From contig NW_021827676.1 in the NCBI RefSeq assembly GCF_006345805.1, forward strand, positions 1 through 10,096: DNA of 10,096 nucleotides, given 5' to 3'. The notes beneath the pieces are model-generated. The model was given only the letters and a program-made list of their open reading frames with translations. It did no database searches and was not told the DNA's origin. Numbering within the stretch: position 1 is the stretch's first letter; every line of letters begins with the position of its first letter. This stretch comes from Octopus sinensis (lineage: Eukaryota). Positions 1 to 8,525 of the stretch are shown here, one piece after another. Made by a program: the position numbers and the translations under genes.

Positions 1-88
1 GCGGAATTTGAACTCACAACGTAACGGCAGACGAAATACCGCTAAGCATTTCACCCGGCGTACTAACGTTTCTGCTAGCTCGCCGCCT
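1..88 (-). mobile_element. tRNA-headed SINE, family A, 5' head (cut by window edge)
   Basis: Minus strand reads AGGCGGCGAGC-TAGCAGAAACG (A-box-like, 77-67)...GAGTTCAAATTCCGC (B box). Homologous to 1975-2019 and 8712-8759. Confidence 0.85.
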
Positions 89-139
89 GAACAACTAGCT
101 GCGAGGTCAACGGGTCGCATGTGACTATCATAAACAGAA

Positions 140-141
<2 letters not shown>

Positions 142-183
<42 letters not shown>
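142..183. repeat. (AC)n microsatellite
   Basis: Pure AC run of 42 nt. Confidence 0.99.
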
Positions 184-185
<2 letters not shown>

Positions 186-200
186 AGGTACGTATGTATG

Positions 201-460
201 TCTCTTCTATTTTTTAATTAATCTTCCACTGAAGATGGAACCGATTTCCAACAAAGATACAAGGCTCCATCTTAGGGATGTACTTAACACAGACAAATTC
301 ACATTTAGAACTTGAGAAAAGTTTTGCATATTTTTACTGTTCCACTCACAGATTGCACTTGTAATGTACGTATCAGCCGGTCGATTTCTCTTTCTGAAAA
401 TCACAGTTTATCCAGGTTCTCCTTTAAGCATTTGCTGACAAAACCTAGCACTCCAATTAT
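201..460 (-). mobile_element. 5'-truncated RLE-type (R4/Dong/NeSL-like) non-LTR retrotransposon 3' end
   Basis: ORF remnant 460-305 followed by about 100 nt of 3' UTR (304-201) that runs into CATACATAC. The 5' side abuts (CATA)20. Confidence 0.7.
305..460 (-). pseudogene. C-terminal remnant of restriction-like endonuclease domain
   Basis: One frame reads IIGVLGFVSKCLKENLDKL*FSEREIDRLIRTLQVQSVSGTVKICKTFLKF-stop. This matches the (P)IVIGALG...L..LG...I..LQ.....GT.KI terminal pattern of RLE retrotransposon ORFs. The internal TGA (403-401) lies where GGA (Gly) is expected. Confidence 0.7.
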
Positions 461-561
461 GTATGTATGTATGTATGTATGTATGTATGTATGTATGTAT
501 GTATGTATGTATGTATGTATGTATGTATGTATGTATGCGTGTCTTCTGTCTGTCTGCCTGA

Positions 562-593
<32 letters not shown>

Positions 594-609
594 ATGTATG
601 TATGTATGT
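458..609. repeat. Compound microsatellite (TATG)20-(TCTG)n-(TATG)n
   Basis: Pure TATG 458-537, imperfect TCTG about 546-594, then TATG. Confidence 0.98.
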
Positions 610-1829
610 GTGAGTCTATGAATGTATCGGTGCTTATATTACATAATACTAGAGACGGTACTGGCATTTCAACCTACGTAATCTCAAGAACTGAATAGCT
701 ATAGCAGCCCGCAAGATTGGGTTTTTAGTTTCTGAGCAGTGAAACCCACGCATTCCCTCCGACTTTGACTATTTGCAAGTTTGCTGAAGTTACACACTTC
801 TTGTTTACATCATCTTGTGAGAAAACTTCGGTTTTCTCTCATGTGTTTCTTAAGACAGTCATATTCTAGTTCCCAAAAGTACAATATCGATTTCCAATAA
901 TTCATAAACTGTATCTAAAGCGAATATTTGCGTTTGTTGGAAACAAGCTGTAACCCACCGCTAATATGTTTTGGCTGGTCATCATTAAAAACTTTTCACT
1001 CGTCTCTCTCCATGAGGTAAAGACATTCAATCAAATAAACTTTACGTGACAAGTCACAAAGTGGCGTTCTTTTAATGAATTTTTGATATGAAACAAATAT
1101 CTAACGAAAAATGTCATGCTGGTGGTAATGAATGAGTTATAAGTAAAGTGGATCAAATGCGGTTTAGTGTTTAGTTCTGTACATTTCAAGTTCTGGCTGA
1201 AACCTTACCCCATTTTACTTAGCTTTTAACATCTTTGTTTTATGTTATCCCCTGCAGGCTCCAGTGGGGGTAAAATTGTGAGACCCAAGGCACACCAAGT
1301 CGAATATTCAATACTTGTACACCTCTGTCGGTTAGAGAACCATGCTGTGCATTACAATATTAATTGGTTTGGTATATAAGTCACAATGTTCAAATGCTAT
1401 AGTATGTTTGTAGCTGATAGTAGAGACTAACAGATATAAAAAACCATGTTAGCTTTTTTTTTCCTCTTCGGCATATATTTTAGCAGGTATAAATCTCAAA
1501 ATAATTGTAGAAGATGTATAGACTAACGAGGAAATTGACTATTGGTTTTCGGCTCGGCTGATGATAAATTAAGTGAAACGTTCACATATGGGGCTTGATT
1601 CACGTAACTACACACTTCTTTTCCACAAATTAGTTGCCCTTGTGTGTGATTAAAAGAAACAAATGTAAAAACAATGTTTTTTGATACTTTATATGCTTTA
1701 TACTTAAACTAAATCGTTATTTATTATTTAGAATGTTTATTTAGCAACTACTGCATATAAAGAAGCAAATTCCTTTATAATTACTATATAAAAACTAGTT
1801 ACAATATACAAATTTATGTAAAACATATC

Positions 1830-2019
1830 TATTTCTTTACTACCCACAAGGGGCTAAACATAGAGGGGACAAACAAGGATAGACACACGGATTAAGTCAA
1901 TTACATCGACCCCAGTGCGTAACTGGTACTTAATTTATCGACCCCGAAAGGATGAAAGGCAAAGTCTACCTCGGCGGAATTTGAACTCGGAACGCTAACG
2001 TTTCTGCCAGCTCGCCGCC
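1830..2019 (-). mobile_element. tRNA-headed SINE family A, end-to-end copy with internal deletion and 17-bp TSD
   Basis: Exact direct repeat TTTATGTAAAACATATC at 1813-1829 and 2020-2036. A and B boxes are present. The body TTGCCTTTCATCCTTTCGGGGTCGATAAATTAAGTACC resembles, from memory, the central domain of MetaSINE/Sauria-type SINEs. Confidence 0.92.
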
Positions 2020-2425
2020 TTTATGTAAAACATATCGTTCAGTTGGTCATTAATGGTGGTCCCTACCTCTCTAATCCCATAAAGTCCTCTAAAGAAATTG
2101 GTAACATGGGTTAAACAAAGAAACTGTTGTGATGCTTGAATTATCTGAATTAGTATTTTTATATGCGGTAAGTTATTTACAATAATGATATTTAAATGAG
2201 AAAAAAAATAGCTGTAAGAATAGGATGACCTTCTTTTGACGTTTTAGAATGACACAACCTCCAATAGTTGATCTTTCAGAACATACTACAGTTACAAATT
2301 TATTTCATTGAGACATGACTATCTAAAATAACAACAGGTCCATCAAGAAGACGCCAACCAGGAATTTACTGCTTATGGAATTTGCAGAGATTCAATAACA
2401 TTAAAACAAGCCACACACCTCTCAA

Positions 2426-2617
2426 ATATATATATACATATATATATACACACACACATACATATAGTGGTTGTGGACATATATCTATCTTCCTATATAT
2501 ACATATATCTACCTACCTGTGTAACTATGCATGCATGTATAGCTATAAACAGATATATACAAACATGTATATGTGTGTATGTGTGTGTATGTGTGTGTAT
2601 GAGTGTATATATATATA
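2426..2617. repeat. Degenerate compound (TA)n/(CA)n/(TG)n low-complexity tract
   Basis: Alternating purine-pyrimidine runs; source of spurious ORFs 2382-2618 and 2467-2682. Confidence 0.9.
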
Positions 2618-2779
2618 GGGAGAATTCACAAAAAACAACAAAACAAAAGACAGGTGGTGTAGACAATAAACAGATGTATTAGTTTAACGCTCAACAAGTG
2701 AAAAAGTCTTTAACGTTTCGAGCCTACGCTCTTCCACAGAAAGAAATAAGGGGAGAAAAAAATAAAGAATTTATAGTGG

Positions 2780-2781
<2 letters not shown>
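2618..2781 (-). mobile_element. Penelope-like element terminal repeat (pLTR) fragment
   Basis: Contains the CTG..GAAG-hairpin-GAAACGT signature typical of PLE termini, followed by a T-rich tail ending TGTGAATTCTCCC at a (TA)n run. Confidence 0.65.
2707..2744 (-). ncRNA. Minimal type I hammerhead-ribozyme-like motif with non-canonical core
   Basis: UCUUU-CUGUGGA-A-GAGC(GUAG)GCUC-GAA-ACGU-U-AAAGA gives a 5-bp stem I, a 4-bp stem II with tetraloop, and a palindromic ACGU stem III. The core has U at A6 and an extra A after A9. Confidence 0.65.
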
Positions 2782-2836
<55 letters not shown>

Positions 2837-2922
2837 ATAAAATATTTATAGTGGCCACACACACACACACACACACACACCACACACACACACACACAAA
2901 CACGCACTAACACAAACACACA
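2781..2922. repeat. (CA)n-(TA)n-(CA)n microsatellites with duplicated ATTTATAGTGGCC junction
   Basis: ATTTATAGTGGCC(AC)n at 2769 and again at 2844. Confidence 0.95.
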
Positions 2923-3105
2923 TTTATAAAACATATACACAAATATTTGTACAGGTGCGCTTAGAAAGGGAGCGAGAGAGGTCTGTTCAAGCATCATCTA
3001 AAAGAAAACATGACATCGTTCTCGCATTATGTTTGGGAAGGGGAATATAGAGTTGGATCTAACGATATTACTACGAGCTATCTTACACTGATTTCTTCTT
3101 TACAG

Positions 3106-3148
3106 CAATTATTCAAGACAGTGTGTTTGACTGAAAAAATGTCACAAC
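3106..3148 (+). CDS. Candidate 43-nt exon (QLFKTVCLTEKMSQ), unverified
   Basis: Acceptor CTGATTTCTTCTTTACAG, donor AAC/GTAAGA, only one open frame. No homology recognised. Confidence 0.2.
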
Positions 3149-3348
3149 GTAAGACTCCCACATCAGTAATGAACACAGAGAGAGACATATGATATTCTGG
3201 TCATCTTTTAGGTTGAATGTCTCGAATGTCAGACGTCAAGTGACACTTCGCCATTTTGTCTTTTGTTTTAACGACTAACATCCCGCTGAAAAACGCAGTG
3301 TGAATATTCAACTCGGATGCTAGTATGATATGACTGTGACGAATTGAG

Positions 3349-3763
3349 TACCCTTTTACTCTTTTACTTGCTTCAGTCATTTGACTGTGGTCATGCTGGA
3401 GCACCGCCTTTAGTTGCGCAAATGGACACCAGGACTTATTCTTTGCAAGCCTAGTAATTATTCTATCGGTCTTTTTTGCCGAACCACTAAATTATGGGGA
3501 CGTAAACACACCAGCAACGATTATCAAGCGATGCTGGGGGACAAAAATAGACACGCGAACATATACACACACATACATAAACATATATACATATATACGA
3601 CAAGCTTCTTTCAGTTTCCGCCTACCAAATCCACTAACAAGGCTTTGGTCGGCCCGAGGCTATAGTTGAAGACATTTGCCCAAGGTGCCACGCAATGGGA
3701 CTGAACCCGGAACCATGTGGTTCGTAAGCCAGCTACTAACCCCTCAGTCACTCCTACACCTAT
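3349..3763 (-). mobile_element. tRNA-headed SINE family B (CORE-like body), near full length
   Basis: Minus strand: decayed A box, B box GGGTTCAGTCCC, CORE-like GGCACCTTGGGCAAATGTCTT, internal (TG/TA)n, and tail ...CAGTCAAATGACTGAAGCAAGTAAAAGAGTAAAAG. Homologous to 7804-8035 and 9833-10030. No clear TSD. Confidence 0.9.
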
Positions 3764-3772
3764 ATGATACAT

Positions 3773-3829
3773 TAAGAATAACATATATATGTAAGAAATA
3801 CATATATGTGTAAGAAACACATATATAAT
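3773..3829. repeat. 19-bp minisatellite, 3 units
   Basis: TAAGAATAACATATATATG / TAAGAAATACATATATGTG / TAAGAAACACATATATAAT. Confidence 0.8.
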
Positions 3830-4495
3830 ATTATACATATATGCATATATACAGAAACATTCACGCAAACTTTGCCTTTCTATTGTACATTGAACACTAT
3901 CGTTGTATTTAAAAAGAAGCCTATAACCATGTTGTTTACAAGACATACAGGTAACTACGCATGTATGTACTCACAGAGTGATACGCATATACTCACATGT
4001 ATTTATATATCTACAATTAGATATATGTCTGTGTGATAGCATTTGCGTAGGTGTCTCTGCCTCAGTGTTGTTTAAGAAATTCGTACAAATGAGAGAGAGA
4101 TGATGCATTTGCTAGGATTCATCGCTCGAAATTTGATAATAAACATTGATCGGCCGAATGAAAATAACGACAATGTTTTTAAATCAATAGAGCTGGACAG
4201 CCAACAGACGAACCATATTTGTCACAGTCAACAGTTGAGATTTCATCGATGAATAAAACGTTACTATATTGGTTTATCAATCAGCAGACGGTTTAGGGAT
4301 GAAGGCTGAATAGTTTGTCTATTGCTTAATTGTAGAGTTGAAGTTATACCATAGTAAACGCCGATGATGGTTTCAATTGCTTTAAATTTTCTTAGTTTGC
4401 TGTACGCGCATCAGATTATGTTTTTCTTTGCTGGTCCATATACATTGATATTGTGACAGATTAGAGACCCACTTCGTTTCAATACAGTGTGTATA

Positions 4496-4651
4496 GTCGT
4501 CGTTGTTGTCGTTGTTACTGTTGTTATTTAACTTCGGGTTAGCCCTGAGTGATAAAAGAAAAAAACAAGTTTCCAACCACTGTGGTTCCTTCCGTTAGTC
4601 TTTGTAGTACATTACCTAATTCGAGCGTCAATACAGAGACTCCCTCGTTGG
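4496..4651 (-). mobile_element. Old (AAC)n-tailed retro-element, family C, internally deleted
   Basis: (GTT)n tail, then TTTAACTTCGGGTTAGCCCTGA. Shares TACATTACCTAAT, TCGAGCG and CTCCCTCGTTGG with CACATTATCTAAT (6112), TCGAACG (6393) and CTCTCCCGTTGG (6416). Confidence 0.55.
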
Positions 4652-4765
4652 GTTATACAGTATGTAGTTACAAAATTTATCAAATAAAGGTATACTTACA
4701 GTAACAGTTTAGAGAAGTCACAAAAAAATAAAGAAATCTTAACTATAATTGTAAAATTCATATCG

Positions 4766-4994
4766 TTAACCTTTTGTCCCTGACACGCTGGAGACCGACC
4801 TTGCATGTATGATACAAGCTTCTTGTTTTAGAGGGGTCTAAATTAAAACCTTCCGTCAAAAGGTCATGTTCATTTAGGTTCCAAACACCAGCTTAATAAT
4901 GGCAAAATTAATTTTCTAAATTCTTCTACATTTTAAGAGTTAATTGAATGAATAGATGTGTATGGTAACAGAAATACAGTAACCAAAGTATCAA
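4766..4994. mobile_element. Decayed TTAA-type (piggyBac-like) MITE
   Basis: Starts TTAACCTTTTG and ends in degenerate AAAGTATCAA. The interior (TCTAAATTAAAACCTTCC...GTTCCAAACACCAGCTTAATAATG) matches an abundant Octopus repeat as I recall it. TIRs are weak within the window. Confidence 0.5.
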
Positions 4995-5833
4995 GACAAC
5001 CTCTTGGTAGATTACGTCTCGTTCTGACCTATGTCCATAGAACAGTTCAGCATGAACATGGCACGGAAACAAGAAGCTCATTAGTATTAAAACGTTCTTG
5101 TTGTATACATCGGTCAGTAGTACTTTTATGTACAACTAGTTGTCAATCTTACTAAGAGTCAATTCTGAGAGTCAATAAATCTCTTTGGTCAGTATTTAAA
5201 CTGATTATATCATCTTAGCTATCTGACTGTTCTCTTCCAGAAACTATCAATTTTTTTTTCTATAATTCAGAGTACTGTTAATCCAAATATGTAGTTTAAT
5301 GAGTGACTTATGAAATATTTATAGCATTTTAGCGCTTTTTACGTAGGCGCAATAACACAAAAGAGCAATGAAAATCGCAGCAAACAGACTGGTATTGAAT
5401 CTGTGATATTTGTTTTAGATTTCAGTAATTAAATAATAGTCTGTAGTAAAATCTTCCAATATGTGTCTTCGTCCTAACGCTTATATTTCTGTCTATACTT
5501 GAAGTGACTTAGTAATATAGGTCATGTAGAAATAAGGAAGTCGTATTTCCTGTAACGCAAAGATTTATGTTCCGTTTTCAAGAATATATTAATATATGTA
5601 ATAATCTATAAAACACACGATAACAATTATAGTAAGACTTTTCTTTTTACCTGGGAGCTTTCTGTATCATTTTCAGAAACAGATTAAGGCTTGGAAATGA
5701 GAATATATACAAATAAAAATTCTTTGTCCACATTTGTTTCCTACTATTAGGAGTTCTGATCAAACTACAATATTGCTTCATGTACATTTTCTTGTAGTTT
5801 AGCATTTACATTCTATTTTTTTTTCATATACAG

Positions 5834-6003
5834 CGTTTATGTTTCTTCTTAATGCACCAGCGATTTGCTGGAGGCTGCTCCATATCGATACTAAATATTT
5901 TTGCTCTACAAGGCTAAATCATAGACATGAGAAAATTTCGACAGGTATCGTCGACCGTTTTCTGGTTTCTATACGTAATATATTATATCTGGATTTTGTA
6001 AAG
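5834..6003 (+). CDS. Candidate 170-nt coding exon, product unrecognised
   Basis: Acceptor TCTA(T)9CATATACAG and consensus donor AAG/GTAAGA. One fully open frame: FMFLLNAPAICWRLLHIDTKYFCSTRLNHRHEKISTGIVDRFLVSIRNILYLDFVK. Confidence 0.3.
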
Positions 6004-6044
6004 GTAAGACAATTGCAATAAGATATTTTAATTCGCTTTTCAAT

Positions 6045-6431
6045 CAATGAGCATTTCGAAATTCAGCCGTGACTAAAACCTTTGTTTCTTCCGAAATATT
6101 CTAACTATCGCCACATTATCTAATGTGTCCGCCTTTATAAGGTAGACGGCGATTTGATGCTACATGTAGTTGAATCACGCAAAACGTAGCAACTCTCGTT
6201 TGCTTGTCAACTCAGCATGTTGTAGTTTAGTCCCAGGACAAACTGATTCTGCTGAAATTGGAATTCTATGCCAATTTTGTTGTTTTGGACAATATCTTTC
6301 TAGGTCTTTATAATAATCAAATGTGCCGTTTCTGATTTTATTAATACGATAGTTCGTGATTTGAAGGATATTTATTTGCTATTTTTAGCAGCTCGAACGA
6401 TCACCTACGTAGTGGCTCTCCCGTTGGTTCG
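6045..6431 (-). mobile_element. Two head-to-tail decayed family C copies (about 6045-6215 and 6218-6431)
   Basis: Both carry related blocks (AATGTG, GATTTG, TGCTA, ACGTAG, CTC-CGTT). The second begins with a tail-like TGTTGTAGTTTAGTCCCAGG. Confidence 0.55.
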
Positions 6432-7053
6432 TGTGTGAAAGAATTATTTCATTTCTTTTTTATTAAATACTGACGGCAATTGAATTTGATAAAAATAAAA
6501 CTTAGCTAGAATTGTTATTAATTAGAATTATTTTCAGTTATTAACGTACTTATCGCATTTAAAACCACAATATTTGTCTTTAAAAAAAGCGAGACGAACG
6601 TAAACAAATAGACTTGGAGAAAAAGTTATTTAAATGTGAAAGTTCAATTGCAGAAAGAATTGTTGACATAGAAGTTATGGTAATTTGTAAAATTCACATT
6701 GCTAAAATATAAAATTAATCGTAATTATAGGGACAGGGGGAGGGGATGAACGACTCAGTTTAGGAACACAATTAAAACGCTTATATATTTAATCAAAGAA
6801 ACATATATTCAATCTCAATTATTTTCTGATGACATATAGAATTTGAGCTATTATCATCGAAAGCTGAAGAAGCCGTCTTATTAGGTAAGAGAAAAGAGAA
6901 GGATTACGGTTAGATTTACGTAATGACTTCCGTGTATTTCCCGGAAGACAGCTATAAACGTCTAGCGAAGTACTGAAGTACTTCCAAACAATGATAGGAC
7001 AGATTTGTTTCACTTTTTCTCAAAATTGCTTTTTCTCAAAATCATCTCAGTAT

Positions 7054-7707
7054 GTCGTTGTTGTTGTTATTAAGCCACAGGCAGGTCCTAAACGGTGGAG
7101 GCGCAATGGCCCAGTGGTTAGGGCAGCGGACTCGCGGTCGGAGGATCGCGGTTTCGATTCCCAGACCGGGCATTGTGAGTGTTTATGGAGCGAAAACACC
7201 TAAAGCTCCACGAGGCTCCGGCAGGGGGTGGTGGTGAACCCTGCTGTACTCTTTCACCACAACTTTCTCTCACTCTTTCTTCCTATTTCTGTTGTACCTG
7301 TATTTCAAAGGGCCAGCCTTGTCACATTCTGTGTGTCACGCTGAATCTTCCTGAGAACTACGTTAAGGGTACACGTCTCTGTGGAGTGCTCAGCCACTTA
7401 CACGTTAATTTCACGAGCAGGATGTTCCGTTGATCGTATCAGCTGGGACCCTCATCGTCGCAACCGACGGAGTGCTCCTCCTAGATCCTAAACGAGCAGA
7501 TTTATGATCAAAGATGTTCCAGCCGTAAGTAAAACGTTTATTCTTCCGAAATATTTTATCCGTCCCCACCTTCTTTAATGTTCCCTCTTTTATAAGGAAG
7601 AAGTTGATTTGGTGCTACATATAGTAGAATCACTGAAACCGTAGCAACTCTGTCGCTTGTTAGTCAATTCAATGTGTTGTAGTTTAGTCTAAGGACAAAC
7701 TCTGATT
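7054..7707 (-). mobile_element. Family C copy interrupted by a SINE, followed by the start of a second unit
   Basis: Removing 7095-7494 rejoins (GTT)n-ATTAAGCCACAGGCAGGTCCTAAACG to AGCAGATTTATGATCAAAGATGTTCCAGCCGT. 7520-7707 aligns with 6064-6248. Confidence 0.65.
7095..7485 (+). mobile_element. tRNA-headed SINE family D (tRNA-Arg-like head), full length with 9-bp TSD
   Basis: A box TGGCCCAGTGG, B box GGTTTCGATTCCC, exact TCCTAAACG at 7086-7094 and 7486-7494, GC-rich versus flanks. Confidence 0.92.
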
Positions 7708-7803
7708 GTACCTTCTTATCACCAATGTCGTTCCTGTAATACCTATCCTGTGTTTTTTCAGTGTTTCTAGTATTACGTTATCTTGTATGTTTGTCTTTCG
7801 TTA

Positions 7804-8035
7804 GTTGTCATAGCGATGTTGGGGGGGGGGGGGCAAACACAGACACACAAACACACACATACATATACATATACATATATACGACGGGCTTCTTTCAGTT
7901 TCCGTCTACCAAATCCACTCACAAGGCTTTGGTCGACCCGAGGCTATAGTAGAAGACACTTTCTCAAGGTGCCACGCAGTGGGACTGAACCATGTGGTTG
8001 GTAAGCAAGCTACTTACTACACAGCCACTCCTGCG
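7804..8035 (-). mobile_element. SINE family B, 5' half
   Basis: Near-identical to 3520-3757; A box TGGCTGTGTAG, B box GGTTCAGTCCC; tail missing. Confidence 0.9.
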
Positions 8036-8167
8036 ATTACTATTTTATTCTGGAAGACTCCCATGACCATTCGATGTTTAAAAACAATTTTTATAGATGC
8101 TTCTTTCAAAATTCCTATTTTGTTATTCACACATTTACTTGTGTAGGTTGATGTACGTAAGATGTTG

Positions 8168-8185
8168 GAGAGAGAGAGAGAGAGA
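8168..8185. repeat. (GA)9 microsatellite
   Basis: Pure GA run. Confidence 0.95.
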
Positions 8186-8229
8186 CCTAGCTGTTTCTTG
8201 CATTACATAGATTTAAATCCAAACTTTTC

Positions 8230-8349
8230 ATGGACCCTTAAAATAATACTATGGATCCCCAATTTAATATTTTCTTGCGTTGATCCCCCCCCCCCAAATC
8301 GTATATGGACCCCAGGGGTAATCAAATTGACACCGGTTGAGAACTTTTG
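8230..8349. mobile_element. Possible hAT-like MITE remnant
   Basis: Repeated ATGGA(C/T)CCC motifs. The end CCGGTTGAGAACTTTTG resembles a decayed CAGGGGTTCTCAACC hAT terminus; the second TIR was not found. Confidence 0.35.
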
Positions 8350-8471
8350 TTCAGCACTGTATACCAAACCATTCATTTGGTATGCCGTTACATATGTGTG
8401 ATTTAGGAAAAAAATTAACATTAGAATTCTATGAAATGCTTATTACGAAGTCTTTCCCCATTACTCTCCAG

Positions 8472-8525
8472 ATCGAGCCGCTACATCTCCGCATTAAGCG
8501 GTCACATCTTCTGTATTATCCATAG
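8472..8525 (+). CDS. Candidate terminal exon (IEPLHLRIKRSHLLYYP-stop), unverified
   Basis: Strong acceptor TCTTTCCCCATTACTCTCCAG; phase 0 matches the 6003 donor. Confidence 0.15.
   Translation: MEPLHLRIKRSHLLYYP

Noticed and set aside
121-698. ORFs 121-315, 207-404, 312-698 and 401-667 as genes
   Set aside because: Mostly microsatellite translations (HT, MYVC, IHTY). Only the last 19 aa of 401-667 are meaningful, as part of the RLE remnant; 207-404 is the wrong frame.
1258-1380. Exon after acceptor TTATCCCCTGCAG (GSSGGKIVRPKAHQ...)
   Set aside because: No convincing donor or homology; only a 20-nt microexon with a weak donor would fit the other candidates.
2382-2997. ORFs 2382-2618, 2467-2682, 2698-2910 and 2710-2997
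   Set aside because: Low-complexity products of CA/TA repeats.
4228-4253. Adjacent palindromes TCAACAGTTGA and TTCATCGATGAA
   Set aside because: Short, with no supporting context; plausible by chance in 10 kb of AT-rich DNA.
5652-5690. Minus-strand 39-nt exon with CAG/GTAAAA donor
   Set aside because: No partner exons and no recognisable peptide.
5762-5800. 9-bp inverted repeat AAACTACAA/TTGTAGTTT upstream of the 5833 acceptor
   Set aside because: AT-rich short stem with a 21-nt loop; no TSD or second copy.
7097-7168. tRNA gene
   Set aside because: It has A/B boxes but no proper acceptor or anticodon stem, and it continues into a SINE body bounded by a TSD.
6991-7433. Overlapping ORFs 6991-7203, 7052-7237 and 7179-7433
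   Set aside because: By-products of the GC-rich SINE.
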